A stretch of 64,000 bases of DNA from the NCBI GenBank assembly GCA_964270895.1, contig OZ185437.1, one strand, 5' to 3'. Of the stretch, positions 38,323 to 51,088 are shown piece by piece (the first letter of the stretch is position 1; each line of letters opens with the position of its first letter). Below the pieces are notes generated by a model. It made no database searches. It had not been told where the DNA came from and worked only from the letters and a program-made list of their open reading frames with translations. The translations under genes were made by a program, and so were the position numbers. This DNA is from Podarcis filfolensis (taxonomy: Eukaryota).

Positions 38323-38601
38323 NNNNNNNNNNNNNNNNNNNNNNNNNNNNNNNNNNNNNNNNNNNNNNNNNNNNNNNNNNNNNNNNNNNNNNNNNNNNNN
38401 NNNNNNNNNNNNNNNNNNNNNNNNNNNNNNNNNNNNNNNNNNNNNNNNNNNNNNNNNNNNNNNNNNNNNNNNNNNNNNNNNNNNNNNNNNNNNNNNNNNN
38501 NNNNNNNNNNNNNNNNNNNNNNNNNNNNNNNNNNNNNNNNNNNNNNNNNNNNNNNNNNNNNNNNNNNNNNNNNNNNNNNNNNNNNNNNNNNNNNNNNNNN
38601 N
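38323..38601 (+). other. QKI: 279-nt N-run; inferred to contain the QKI-5 last-exon acceptor, the AATGN* codons and the proximal 3' UTR
   Basis: Left flank is ACTAAT plus a pyrimidine tract (aactaatctcttctctatctttcttt) cut before any AG; right flank gtagtaaagcaataagg.ccaattcatccc...gcactgatcatctttta matches my recollection of the mammalian QKI-5 3' UTR. Confidence 0.75.
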
Positions 38602-39171
38602 GTAGTAAAGCAATAAGGTCCAATTCATCCCTCCGCACTGATCATCTTTTAGTGTCCCACCCTAAATGAATGGTAAGAACGGCCTCACTTGAGAGATGGA
38701 GGCAGATGTCCCTTAACTCCCTGATGACAGAGGCAGTTACTGTGAGACTTCTAGGAATCTTTTTCTTCTCATAAAGAAGTCAAAGTTCTCTTTGAATGTA
38801 CTGTGTGATGATGCATCATGCATGAACCTTTGGTCAGGGATGTCATTGGTGAAGGGATTCCTAAAAGTATTCAAAATTTGACATGCAGTGTAGTCACTAC
38901 CAATGCCCTCAAAGGGCAGAAGATGCAGCCTTTTTTATATTACCTGCCAAATTGGGTGTTTTTAAGAAGAAAAAAGTGCCATGAAAGATAGGTTACTGAA
39001 TTTTTGAACTACATCAATGCATAAACTAAACAGCAACACTATTGAAGCTAATCCTGAGATACTTTCTTTTACTATACATCAACTTCCTTAAAAGATTACA
39101 TGAGTACAAGGTACATGCATTATGTGTCACATTACTGGGCAAACTGTTCAAATATTTTTTTAAACCTCCCT

Positions 39172-39502
39172 NNNNNNNNNNNNNNNNNNNNNNNNNNNNN
39201 NNNNNNNNNNNNNNNNNNNNNNNNNNNNNNNNNNNNNNNNNNNNNNNNNNNNNNNNNNNNNNNNNNNNNNNNNNNNNNNNNNNNNNNNNNNNNNNNNNNN
39301 NNNNNNNNNNNNNNNNNNNNNNNNNNNNNNNNNNNNNNNNNNNNNNNNNNNNNNNNNNNNNNNNNNNNNNNNNNNNNNNNNNNNNNNNNNNNNNNNNNNN
39401 NNNNNNNNNNNNNNNNNNNNNNNNNNNNNNNNNNNNNNNNNNNNNNNNNNNNNNNNNNNNNNNNNNNNNNNNNNNNNNNNNNNNNNNNNNNNNNNNNNNN
39501 NN
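39172..39502. other. 331-nt N-run inside the QKI-5 3' UTR
   Basis: Direct reading. Confidence 0.95.
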
Positions 39503-40649
39503 GTGCCTTATTTTCTTCATGGTCATTTAGTCAGACGTCTCGTATAATCCGCTCCTCCCTCAGACAGCAAGTTAATGCATGCCACTCTGTCGCCCAGTAT
39601 GTGAAAAGAAGCTGTGAGGAAAGACAAATGAGTTGACCATTTAAATTACCTGGTTTTTGCCATAGCATAATGCAACTTTGTCAGATCTGAAACTGTGAAA
39701 TGGAATTGTTCCACCAACAGCCAACCGCAATATTTTTGTAACATGTTCCCTCTTCAATTGTAGACAATATATTTTTATAGTACTTGCTCAGCCTTAAACC
39801 AAAGGGTTCTAAGATGCAGTCTCATTCTAAATCAAAGTATTAGATTACACTATTTATACAGTAGCAAGTGTTATACCCCCCCCCGCCCCCGGAATAGGTT
39901 GCATTGTCCCTATTTGAAATAGATAAGGGAAAACACAGCAGAACGTGAACTTGCCTACAGGATGACTTTGTCCATGACTAAACTGAGCATTCAGACAGTC
40001 TGTCTTTGAGCATGTTTTAGGTTTTTGTGTGCTTCATCTACAATGCCAAATAGTGTGTACTCCTCATCAAACTCCTACTTGATGAATGTTAACTGTCGGT
40101 TGCGCTTTACTGAAAAGGAAAAGAAGTATCAGTTAACTATCTGGAAGTTCAGCTATGCTTCAGTTTGAGTCAGTAAACATTTGCATAGCTGGGCTAGTGG
40201 TGATAAAACACTTTACGCACAAAGGTGAAGTAAAAATATATATGAGCAAGTAGTGATACGTTAATTGCTTTGAGCAGATTTGGCAAAGATCAGGTGATAA
40301 CCCCCCTCCGTTGTGTCAACTTATTATCCTAAAAATCTTCACAGCTTCCAAATCAAAGGTCAATAGTAAGTTAGGTAAGAGGGCTTACTTTTTAAGCACC
40401 TGCATGGTGACTTGGTCTAACCATTGTGTCTCACCTGGAAACAAGTATCAATTTATTTACTATGCAATAAACATACATCCTTTTGTATTCAGCTAGCTTT
40501 TATTTTATCTTGCCACTGGCTTTGTCTTCCTGTTACACATAGGTTTTTTGGTTTGACTTTCAGTATATGCTGTGCCATTTTGATTTTTGTTTGGTTGAAT
40601 AAACTTGCAACACTCAAAAATTTTGGAGAGAGAATTGCTAAAACATAAC

Positions 40650-40912
40650 CAGTATTTGATCCAGTTTCATCTCAACTATGATAAACCTGGACATTTTTAG
40701 ATGCTGATCAAAGGTCTCTTCTTGGGAGAAGTGTGACTTATAAAAGTAATGTTTGTTCTGAAAAAGTTTGAAGACTTAGTTGACAACATTTTGGATCAAC
40801 TTAAAGCATGACATTTGAAATCTCTGAATGCCTTGGTTCTCAGTATTATCATTCTTTATTGAATTTTTCTTTATTAAAATATGTAGTCTAAGACTTTTTT
40901 CTGACAGTATTA
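40650..40912 (+). promoter_or_regulatory. cluster of miR-200b/c/429 seed sites
   Basis: CAGTATT at 40650; CAGTATTA 8mers at 40841 and 40905. Confidence 0.7.
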
Positions 40913-40986
40913 TGTAATTTTTTTTAGAGTGGGTATACATACATCGCTTGTATGTTACCATACAGACATGTATTTGTCTATTCCTT

Positions 40987-41142
40987 NNNNNNNNNNNNNN
41001 NNNNNNNNNNNNNNNNNNNNNNNNNNNNNNNNNNNNNNNNNNNNNNNNNNNNNNNNNNNNNNNNNNNNNNNNNNNNNNNNNNNNNNNNNNNNNNNNNNNN
41101 NNNNNNNNNNNNNNNNNNNNNNNNNNNNNNNNNNNNNNNNNN
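40987..41142. other. 156-nt N-run inside the QKI-5 3' UTR
   Basis: Direct reading. Confidence 0.95.
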
Positions 41143-44100
41143 CTGATTGAGAAAAGGATACAAAAATGCAAAACCCACAATTTTGATAACTGAAAATTGC
41201 CAATTGTTTTGCAGTACTTTATTATTATATTGGGAGTGTTGTCTTTGGGCTTTTAGTTAGCTACTGGATTGAATACATTAGACATATCTGGGTTTTAGTT
41301 GGGTTTTTACATAGCTTGCATTTTAATTCTTTGGTTCTTTGCTGTTTCTATTAACCCATAGCATTATTTTAATAAATGTTATAATACCAACCTACTAACT
41401 CTGGACTATGTCAGTTTATTAACCATTACATGTTTAATTAAAATAAACAAGGAAAGACGGAAGAATGTAAAGTCTTGAGTTATTGGACTAACCCTGAAGA
41501 ACGTGACCACCGATAACACAACGTGACTTGTTTTATGTTGTTTGTTTGGCTGACATTCTGCACACTACTATTAAATTGGCTTTGGTCATTCTGGCCTCTT
41601 ACCTTGGGGGTAGGTGCCAATAGAGTTGGGAACAAGTAGCATTATTGGAGGCATTCTTGTAGAGTCTTGCCACTTGCCTTTCAGCATCTGCATTACTAAT
41701 TCCACACTTTCCTTCTCTGAAATAATCACTGTCAGCTCACAGCAAAAGGGCAAAGATACCAATCTATTGGTAAATTATGTTATGTGCCCAGAGGAACCAG
41801 TTTGATTCTTTGTTGAGCCATTTTGAAGCTACACAAATTCAGTGTGATTTGAAGCACTGATTAAAAGGACAATTCAGCAGACATCTCAATATGTAACTCT
41901 CCTGTGTTGTTCATGCTTCTGAATGTATTTGAAGCAAGAAACGTTTCACCCCTTACTCTAGCAGAATCTGCCTCTCCCTTGTACATGAATCTAAATTACT
42001 TTCACTGTGACCCTGAAGGGGTTTAAGTTGCAATCCTCAAACTACATAATTCTCAGGTAATTGTACTGACTTCAAGCAGGTTGCTTCACAGTAAACAGCT
42101 TGAACACTGTAGCTTAACTACTTTTAGGATTGCGGGTTTTTAAATCTACTGTAGTGTTTGAACACCACTTAGCTCAGGGCAGTACAAAGCTGTACAAAGT
42201 CGAATAGGTCATTTTGTAACAACTGCAAAAAGTAAATAAACTCTTTAGTAGTAGCCATTTTCAAAAAGGAGGTCTAAAGTTGACTGTTACCAAGGGATAA
42301 CTTTAGCAATCAGAGTTCAGAGAAGCAAGCTGTAGTAAGTTACTTTCAATCAACTTCATTCTACTAGGAAACAATTGTTAAGAACTTGGGGTTATATCCC
42401 CAAATTCATCCTATTTACACAAGGACTACAGCTTGTGCAACCGAATTTCTCTGTCTTGTCCCATGTGCACCTCTTCTGGGAGGTTTCCCTGTCTCTCCAA
42501 AGCATGCTGTGGGGGTGCATGAAGAGAGGAAAGGGGGAGTTCCATTGCACAAACAGTGTCCTTGTGTGAAAATGGGGTGACTGTTCAATACAACCCATGC
42601 TTTCTGTGGCCTATTCATAGCTGCTATGTTAATTACATTTGTTTAAAATTTACTCATTTGTAAACAAAAATGATTTTGTATAGACAATGACACCTGAGTA
42701 AATAAATCAGTTTTAAATATACCCATTAAAATATATATAACTGAAGCATTATACTTCAGTTCCACCACATAATAAAAACAAAATCCCATCTATTAGATAG
42801 AGGCTATGTTAGGACAGATTGATACATTTTAAACATAATCAAGGATTCTTTATGAATAATATAATAAAGTAGAAAATACTGAAATCCAGAGTTTTAACTA
42901 GATAATACTCAATATTTGTGATAATATGAAAGTTTGCTCTTAAGTATAAAACAATAAAAGGGTGTTTTGTAATAAAGGTTGATAACCCACTTCAGTATTA
43001 CACCAATATACCTGTCATCAATATGCTTCAGTGGTCAACAAATGTTAGCCTTGCCCCATGAGTTGTATTCAACACTACATGAAAGGAACAGACTTTGCTT
43101 GTGCGGTTGGATGTCACCTTCATTTTCTACCCCATGCAACCTTCTACACACCCTAAAAATTGCTCCAGAGGGTTTGGGGAAGGCGAGAAGTCCTGCTGTG
43201 CAAGTGGATGTCTTCCCTTGCAGCACTGGTTGCATACCCACTTGTTTGAAGCCACAACCAACGTTGATTAATATTTGTATAATATAGAACAGTGAGACAC
43301 ATTTTTAAAATAAGAATAGTAATAATAACCATGGCTTGTTTTATGGTGAGAAACCAAACCTTCCTGTGAGCTGGAAGAAGGGATTTAATTTGTATGTAAA
43401 GGCAAAAGGCATGTCATTCCAATGACAGATGCTCATGCCTGTTGAGCCCTGCTGAGTGTGGATGGGCTTTTGAAAAAGCTGCTATTCAATGGAGTTGGGA
43501 AGCACCCATGCACAAGCACAGCACCTCATAAATCAGGATCCTTGCCATATAGTTCCTTGAGATGGCACCTTATGTATTTAATTTGAAATTGGAGTTAGAC
43601 ATTATTTCTAAATACTTAAGTCACATTTTAAACACTGCTGGTTACTTAGTAATAAAAATCTACTACCATGGGGGATGGGGGTACCCATTGTTAAGTCTCA
43701 TCGGAAAAGGCTCACTGAAATAAGGGTGAGTTACTTAAGTCTGCTTGTTGCTGTTACACTCTTTAGTATAGCTATCATTAAATTTATTATTTGCCCTTTA
43801 CCAGCAGGTCCCTGTGATTTTTCCTCTGAAGTGGGGAGAGTTTGTGGCTATTTTTCCTGGAATAAACAAGCTCATCTAAATACAAGACAATATGTAACTG
43901 GAAGAAATAAACTGGTCAAGACACCAAATTCATAGCCTGCTTACAAGTCCTATTAACCATGATGAAGCTGGCATCTGAGTAAACATGTTTAGAATTGTGC
44001 TATGATATCCTGTAGAAGTTAAAAATAGTCCTTAGGCCATAATTTTGTCCATTCAAGTAGAATTTATCTTTGTGCACCTAACCTATTTGGATTAAATAGT

Positions 44101-44981
44101 AGTTCTCCAATACCAGATCTTTAAGTGAACACTTAAAAGATGGCCACTCTTTTCTTAAAATAACCATTACTGTAGACCACCATTACCAATTGACAACTTT
44201 TAGTGTAGGTAGGGACCACTGAATTAATTTCATTAGGAAATGCCAGTGGAAGTGGATAGCCATACATAATAGGCACAACTGTGTACAATAAATATATGTT
44301 AACACAAGTTTCTGAAGTAGCATATTTCCTAGAATAAAGATAGGTCCACAGTCTAAAAACATTCCCAGGATGCAAATTGTGAATTGTGCTTGGAATTCCT
44401 ATCTTTATTTTTGATGTAGCATTAATAGATGAAGTGAACACAATCGCCAGTGAAATACTTTCTGCTAATCAATGTTGAATCAAACTGGTTAAAGAACAGT
44501 GCTCCTGATTCTTTTTATGCTGCCAGATCACTAACTGCAGGTGTAAAAATCCTGCCTTAGAAGTGGGTATTTGAGAAGCAGCAGGTGGCTTACTTGCAGT
44601 ATTCACTTCTGGATACCAGTTGTGCTAGTGGTTGACTACTAATTGCAACAGGAGAAATTACTCCCAGGACAAAGGTTTGCTTCTGAAGGACTAATGATTA
44701 AGGAGAATTTTTAATATATATATAAATAACCTATTGAGTTCTGTTGTGAGAATGCTTGAATCATTTACGTTTTTGTTTGTGCAACACAGTGTATTAGGAA
44801 AAAATGGGTGTTGCCCAAACACTTGTAAATAATAATAAGAAATACGCCTGTAAATGATGTGCAATAAAAACTGGAAAAAATTTATGTGCTTTATCCTCAA
44901 AAGCCAATTGACAGCTTGCAGGGCTGTCAATACTTTTATATTTTGAAAAGTCAAATTTTATTCTGTATCAATGTATGGCAG

Positions 44982-44987
44982 AATAAA
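44982..44987 (+). terminator. candidate distal polyadenylation signal of QKI
   Basis: AATAAA with upstream TGTA (tgtatc, tgtatg) and U-rich downstream sequence; repeats begin shortly after. Confidence 0.5.
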
Positions 44988-45128
44988 GAATGTACATTTT
45001 GCACTCTTTAACTGTCATTAATGTTTCTAATCTTAAGAGATTCCAGAGTTCTGCATCTAGTTCCCTAATTCATTCTCATTGTAAAATACATGTAAGATGG
45101 CCTGTATCAGTCAAAGGAGATCAGAATT

Positions 45129-45144
45129 GTGTGTGTGTGTGTGT
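45129..45144. repeat. (TG)n microsatellite
   Basis: Direct reading. Confidence 0.9.
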
Positions 45145-45855
45145 AATCGATGAGTTAATTTAGAAATAGTCCTTAAACAACCAGACAAGGATGAGTAAAG
45201 TCCAACGAAAAGTAGAATCCTTGTGTTTCATGTAGTTATTGAACAAGATAAATAAATGTTGTACTTGTCTTACAGGTAATTAAACTTCCATGACTAGGTG
45301 CTACATCCTAGGAGAGCAAATCTGCACATTTCCCTTGCTTTATGGCATGTTATTCCAGGAGTACTTAACCTTTTGCTTTAATGAAGGTCCCTGCCCTTAT
45401 TCTACTCTGTCTCTGAAGGTTTAAGGAAATGGCAGCTTTTGTTTTTGAAATGGTAGATTCTCTAGATGCCTTGGTGTTGCAGCTGTTGGTGGGGGTATTC
45501 TGGAAACCTGGTCAATATTTTCAGCGTCAAGAATAGGTGGGCACTCAACTGTGTTATTGGCACTCTGCCTCATGTAGGTTGCTGAGGCACAGGATGGTTG
45601 GAGCATTAAGCAAGTCAACCCTCCACAATGACCACCTATTTCTTTGCTTCCCTTCTCCCAAGTTGCATCCCTTCCCAATATTCACCGGTTTCCTGCCTGA
45701 GGAATCGTATAGACCACTAAGGGAACCAGCTTACCTCAGTCACACCATTTCAGTGCTCTCAAATATTTCTTTTGCTTTATTATTATTCATTTCATTTCTG
45801 TATCCCTTTATATTTTAAAGAAAAAAATCTGGAAATGGTTTACAACACATTAAAA

Positions 45856-45991
45856 CAGGCATAGGCAAACTTGGCCCTCCACATGTTTTGGGACTACAAC
45901 TCCCATCATCTCTGACCACTGGTCCTGTTAGCTAGGAATGATGGGAGTTGTAGTCCCAAAACATCTGGAGGGCCAAGTTTGCCTACGCCTG
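45856..45991. mobile_element. near-perfect palindromic hAT MITE
   Basis: caggcataggcaaacttggccctccacatgttttgggactacaactcccatcat ... atgatgggagttgtagtcccaaaacatctggagggccaagtttgcctacgcctg; sits in an L2-like tail; TSD not clean. Confidence 0.9.
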
Positions 45992-48900
45992 CAAAACATC
46001 AAATAAAGCAATCCATAGTAAAACATTACTGAAGAAAGTAAAAAAAAGCATACATCCAAAGCATAATGAACAGGAAACCAAAATATTAGAAGATTTCAAA
46101 ATAAAATGTTACAAAGGAGGTCAACTACAGAATGTACTTTTAACACAACAAAGTACATTTTTATTAAACATGTCAGAAGAAAACATTACTAAAGGAAGTG
46201 AAATTTAAAAGGCACATTTAAAACAGTATTATTAATGAGAATAAAATATTGTCAAACGCATAGAACACATCTGGTGCTGTTGCTGTCAATCTTGCCAATG
46301 GTAGATCATGGTGAGTGGCGGTTATGGAAGCTCAGACTTAATGACCTGGGTCTGCACTAAGAAACAGCCAAGATAGTCTCCACAGTAGCCTCAGCTTTTT
46401 ATGCCTCCCAGGCAAGGAGCAGGCCTTCCAGGACTCACAGCCAAGATGGCCTCTGGCTTCTTCAGAACTCTAGCTGAATGGTGCTGCTATGCTAATAAGA
46501 GGTACATTGTGATTGCATAAATTATACAGTATACTGTATATCCTGCACTGGGGTGGGGAACAGTATATCCAGTCTGCAGTTGCCTTGGGTCAGAGCATCA
46601 GTAATTGGGAGCATCACTTTCCCCTTGTCACTTGCTTACAGCAACAGCAAGAGGACAACATACAGTTAATATTCCTGGCATCAGTTCTGTTTGATCAGTA
46701 GCTTGAATTACTGGCAGTCCAGTTTGCAGTGAACTACATCTAAACAGCAAAAAGAGAGGTAACAGTTTTGCTGGGCTCTTTAAACCCAATATGGCCTGCC
46801 CAGGTGTGTAACCTGTGGACAAAGTGCCAGAGGGAAAACCATTTTCCAAGACTACTCAGTCAGTACAGCACAGGAGATCATATTCACCTCTCCTTTGGCT
46901 GGGCATTGTTTGTAGCCCAAGGCACACACCTTCTCCTTGCTTGTTTTTGTTCTCATAACCTCATCTAGGCACCATCATGTAACCCCAGTTGGTTCAGCTC
47001 TACTGCCTTTGATCTGCTTGTCCTGCACATTGTAAAAGTAAGTTACAATTAAAACAACCACCACCATCATATTCAAGGCTTCTCAGCCACGATCTGTTGA
47101 GCTACTGCTTTTAGTCAGTTGCTGACATGAATTTATTGAAATAGCCATTACTAAAGAAAGGAAGAGGTGGGATGAAACAGGCACAACAAGCAATGTTTCT
47201 TAGGTTCCACCTTGGAATGTTTATGTAGCTGGCTGCTGTCCTAATGGCTCCAGCCATGACTCATTTGCTCTATTTGCCTTTTTTTTACTATTACTTTGAT
47301 GTGTCCTCTGCTCTGAGCATGAGCCCTCCTGTGTAGGAACACGCCTTCTCATAAAGGGCTTAAGCACCTTCCAGAATATGCTACGTTATCCTTTTGCGTT
47401 TTAAGATTTTCCCATGTCCTGTTAACACCTGCATTCATCCGAATAAATATGCTCACAAGGATAATAATCCAGAAAAAGTTGCAAATGTAAACAAAGCTTT
47501 TGTTCTTTGCATGAAATTGCAGACGACATCACAAATGAATTGTGCAAAACAATGCTTCAGTTGTGCTGCTGAGAAACTTGAACTCCTTTCTGTGGCAAAA
47601 GGCTGAACGCTTGGTCTTCTGGTTAAAATGCACTATCGTATGGACTACAGATCATAAACTCATTCTTCATGAAAGCAAAGATCCATGCAATGCTTTTATG
47701 AACCTGGGATCCTGGTTGCCAGTAAATCCCTTTTCTCCTTTGTGGTTTGTGCTGAGATACCAAAAGCATGATAAATGGCAGGTGGATTGCTAAGTACTTC
47801 TGAGTTTCAAGTATAAGCTGATATTTACATATGCCAATTTAGAATACAGATATCACAGAAACAAATTAATTTCCAATCCACAAATTGCCCCCAATAAAGT
47901 CTTAATTTGCGCCCCACTCTAGATCACCCTCAATCATTCATTTGACCTCAATTAATTTCCCAACAGATCCTGTTCCAGATCTCTTCAAGTACCACCAATC
48001 TTACTAGATAGTCCTCTTAATTTATTTCCTTGAATTAATTACCTAGAAGCTCTTGAGGCACTCGGGGAAAAACGGGGAGCCTGTGCCCAAGGACCCATCC
48101 CTAGCAACACTCCTGGTGACTGTATCTTAAGAGCATGTTAAGAGTAGCTTTTCTCTTGCTGTTTGGGCCTCTTGAGAACTGATGAAACAGTTTGAACACA
48201 ACGTCCTCCCCACATCCAACACACAGCCCTTGCTATGTAATTGTAAGATATGGAATGTTTCAGGTTTGCTACATGCACACTTATGGTACTAGTAGCAAAG
48301 ATGTTGCATGTGTATATTAGGAGCGCTTTCACCTCTGAACTGAAACATTGGATTTACTGTGGTGATTATTCAGAAAGGAAATACTTTGTGGGAGAGATGT
48401 TATGTATCAACCAGCCTCTGAATCTCCCACATGGACCACCAGATATTTTAGTCCTTGAAAAGAGAAAGGAAATAAGAGTGGTAGGGATTATCTGCAGTCT
48501 ACACTTCTGAAATGTGTCAACTGTCCCAACAAACATGAGAACCTTTGCAATTTGAAAGCATCACAGAATGTGTTGCCTAGTCATAGATTAACTTTCTTAG
48601 TCTTAAAACTAAATAAATAACAGCTTGGTCATCCCAGATTTCTCCCCAGCTTCTGAGGCCAGTTGAAGTACTTGGAGGATGAAGACCCAACTGGCAAGTA
48701 TATGTCATCCGCCCGGATACTAAGCAAAGTGTTCAATGCACAGTGTAATTTTTACTCAGCATGAGAAGGGTAAAGGATTGGGCTGTTAATAAAAAAAAGC
48801 CAAAGTTAACTGAAAAATTAAATAGCTTTAGAATGAAAAACACAAATGACCACAAGTGGGAAAGTGCATTGGCAGAAATAGAAAAGGAAAAGGCTGTAAA

Positions 48901-51088
48901 AAAGACAACCCTGTCCAAAGGATTTCTGTTGCTTTAAGCAATGTGGCAAGGAGCTAGTAGGAAGGGGGAAAGGGAAAAGGAAAGGAAACATTCTTTTCTG
49001 AGTTATTTTAAAAAAATATTCTAAACTTCCTGCCTTGAGATCTATGCTGATATGTTTGGAGTTACAATTTTGAAAAAGAAAAGAAATTCAGGTTTTGAAG
49101 GGTTTGCTTTGCTTTAACATAGCGGCATCTTCGCTATGTGGCAGATTTAGTGCCTAGTTTCTGAACATTTTAAATGTCCAGCTTAAAAATTCTTGGGACT
49201 GTTCAAAATGTTAATTGACTACTCCCTACCCTTAGACTTGTGATCTTTTTTATATTTTTTAAAAATGCCACCCCCACCTATAATATAAAAAAGGTGGGAT
49301 CCTGTGCTCTTGATGGAAATACATGAACCAGAAATTCCCACATCCAAATTGAATACATGTTGGGATTCAGTCTATTTCACATACTTTATGTGTGCACAGT
49401 CCCATTTGTGGTCCTGTTCTTGGCTTTGTGATTCAAAGGCCAAGTGCTTTTTTCGCAGGGCTTTATGAAGGTGCAGATGGAGAGACGAGAAGCAGCCTCC
49501 AGGGCACAATCTCTCTTTTTTTTTGGCTGGGTAGCTTGCAGAGAAAAATTGGGGGAAGAGCTAAGAGGATCGCCTGAACTGATCAGAGCCAGCAGGCCAG
49601 GCAAATTAGATTGGACGACAAATATCAACCTTTGCTGCTAGATGTGAGGAGTCCCCTGTGCTAAGTGAGTGACAGGCACAACAGCTAATGTGTTTATTCT
49701 CCCTGCCCAGCAATCATAGTCAAGCAGCAAAATAACAATGCTTGTCAAAAGGAGTCAATGATTTTCATGGCAAAAACATAACCCTTGTGAGCAACTGTGT
49801 GTATGTTGTTAATAGTAGATCACGCTGGAACTCCCTAACAATAAATTTCAGGTGCTAATGTTAATAAAAATTGAGTATTGTAGATCTAGTTATCTTTGAC
49901 AGAGAAAAGCAACCCTGTAACAACTCGCATAGTTCTCCTATGGTATGTAAAAGGTAAAGAAACAGACAAAAAGAGATTCCATGTGATGCAAATGGAAGAC
50001 ATGGAATTGGGTTGTAAAGGGGAAATTAGTTTATCATATTATGTTTGTATGTGCAACATCTCTTGGGTCAAGCTGATCTGTTAAAATAAATACTCCCCTG
50101 TTTGAGGAGAGTTTGAACTTTGAGCTGAAAGCTGGTGTATCATCATAGCAGCGAAAAAAGAAAAAGAAAAATCTGTTGCACCAATCAGAATTACTCTGCT
50201 TCATTCCAATTCAGTTATATTTTACATTACAATGCGATTACTTGTTCAAATCCAGTATGACATTTTAAAAATGTTACCAGGCTGGAGCAAAACATTGTCC
50301 TATCAAAATGCAGCATTAGAACAAACTATTTTATTCATAAGTATGATTATTTGTGCCTGGCAACTATTATCCTGACTTAGTCCATTATCATAATTAAAGA
50401 ATGCTGCTTATAAAGGCCAATGCTCAACATGGTCAAAACAGTACAGTAGTTTCTATGTGGACAAGCAGCTACAGAGAATCCTGAACATTTATATCTCTAG
50501 GGATAGTTTGAGGAATATGATCGTTGTGAATATGATCATTGTGAATTTCTATATGGTTTTTTTTCTGATCTAAAATTTCTGCAGTATGAGAAGTAGAACT
50601 TAACTACCCCAGTATTCACATATCTCCAAATATTTTGAGGTAATACTCAGTAGGTTAAGGTAACAGTGTACAAATTACATGTTTGGAAGGGGGAAAGCAT
50701 TTAAATATATATTTTGAGATCATTTAAAAAAAAAAAAAGATCAGTGCAGAAATAGAACAGAATTACGGGAGAAACATGTAAAAGTGTCATGGAGCAGAAA
50801 TAGGTTTGTCTGCCCCTAGTTTTGACGAGAGGTGCCACATATTGAACCTAGGATTTTAGATGTATTGAGGAAGGGTTCTCGAAAAAACACAGGCACCAGC
50901 ATGCTGGCCAATACCCTCTGTGGCACTCACAAATGGTCTCGGTAATATCACTTCAGAAATCTACAAAGCACAAGAGCCTTCTCTTTCCTGCTCAGTTGGT
51001 CCACACTAGCTCAAACTGTTTGGCATCAAATGTGTACACTTAAACATGCACACAAATGGATGTCAGGGTTGGACGTGCACCCTCCCAT

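Larger units (their letters stand above)
38602..45010 (+). other. QKI: QKI-5 3' UTR (long, conserved, nearly repeat-free)
   Basis: Recalled similarity to mammalian QKI UTR blocks (gaatgtactgtgtgatgatgcatcatgcatgaacc; aaggtacatgcattatgtgtcacattactgggcaaactgttcaa); candidate polyA signals at 40598, 44863, 44982; repeats resume after about 45.1 kb. Confidence 0.7.

Noticed and set aside
33646-41203. Long ORFs spanning N-runs (for example 38241..38669, 39026..39526, 39100..39636)
   Set aside because: Artefacts: N codons translate as X and hide stop codons.
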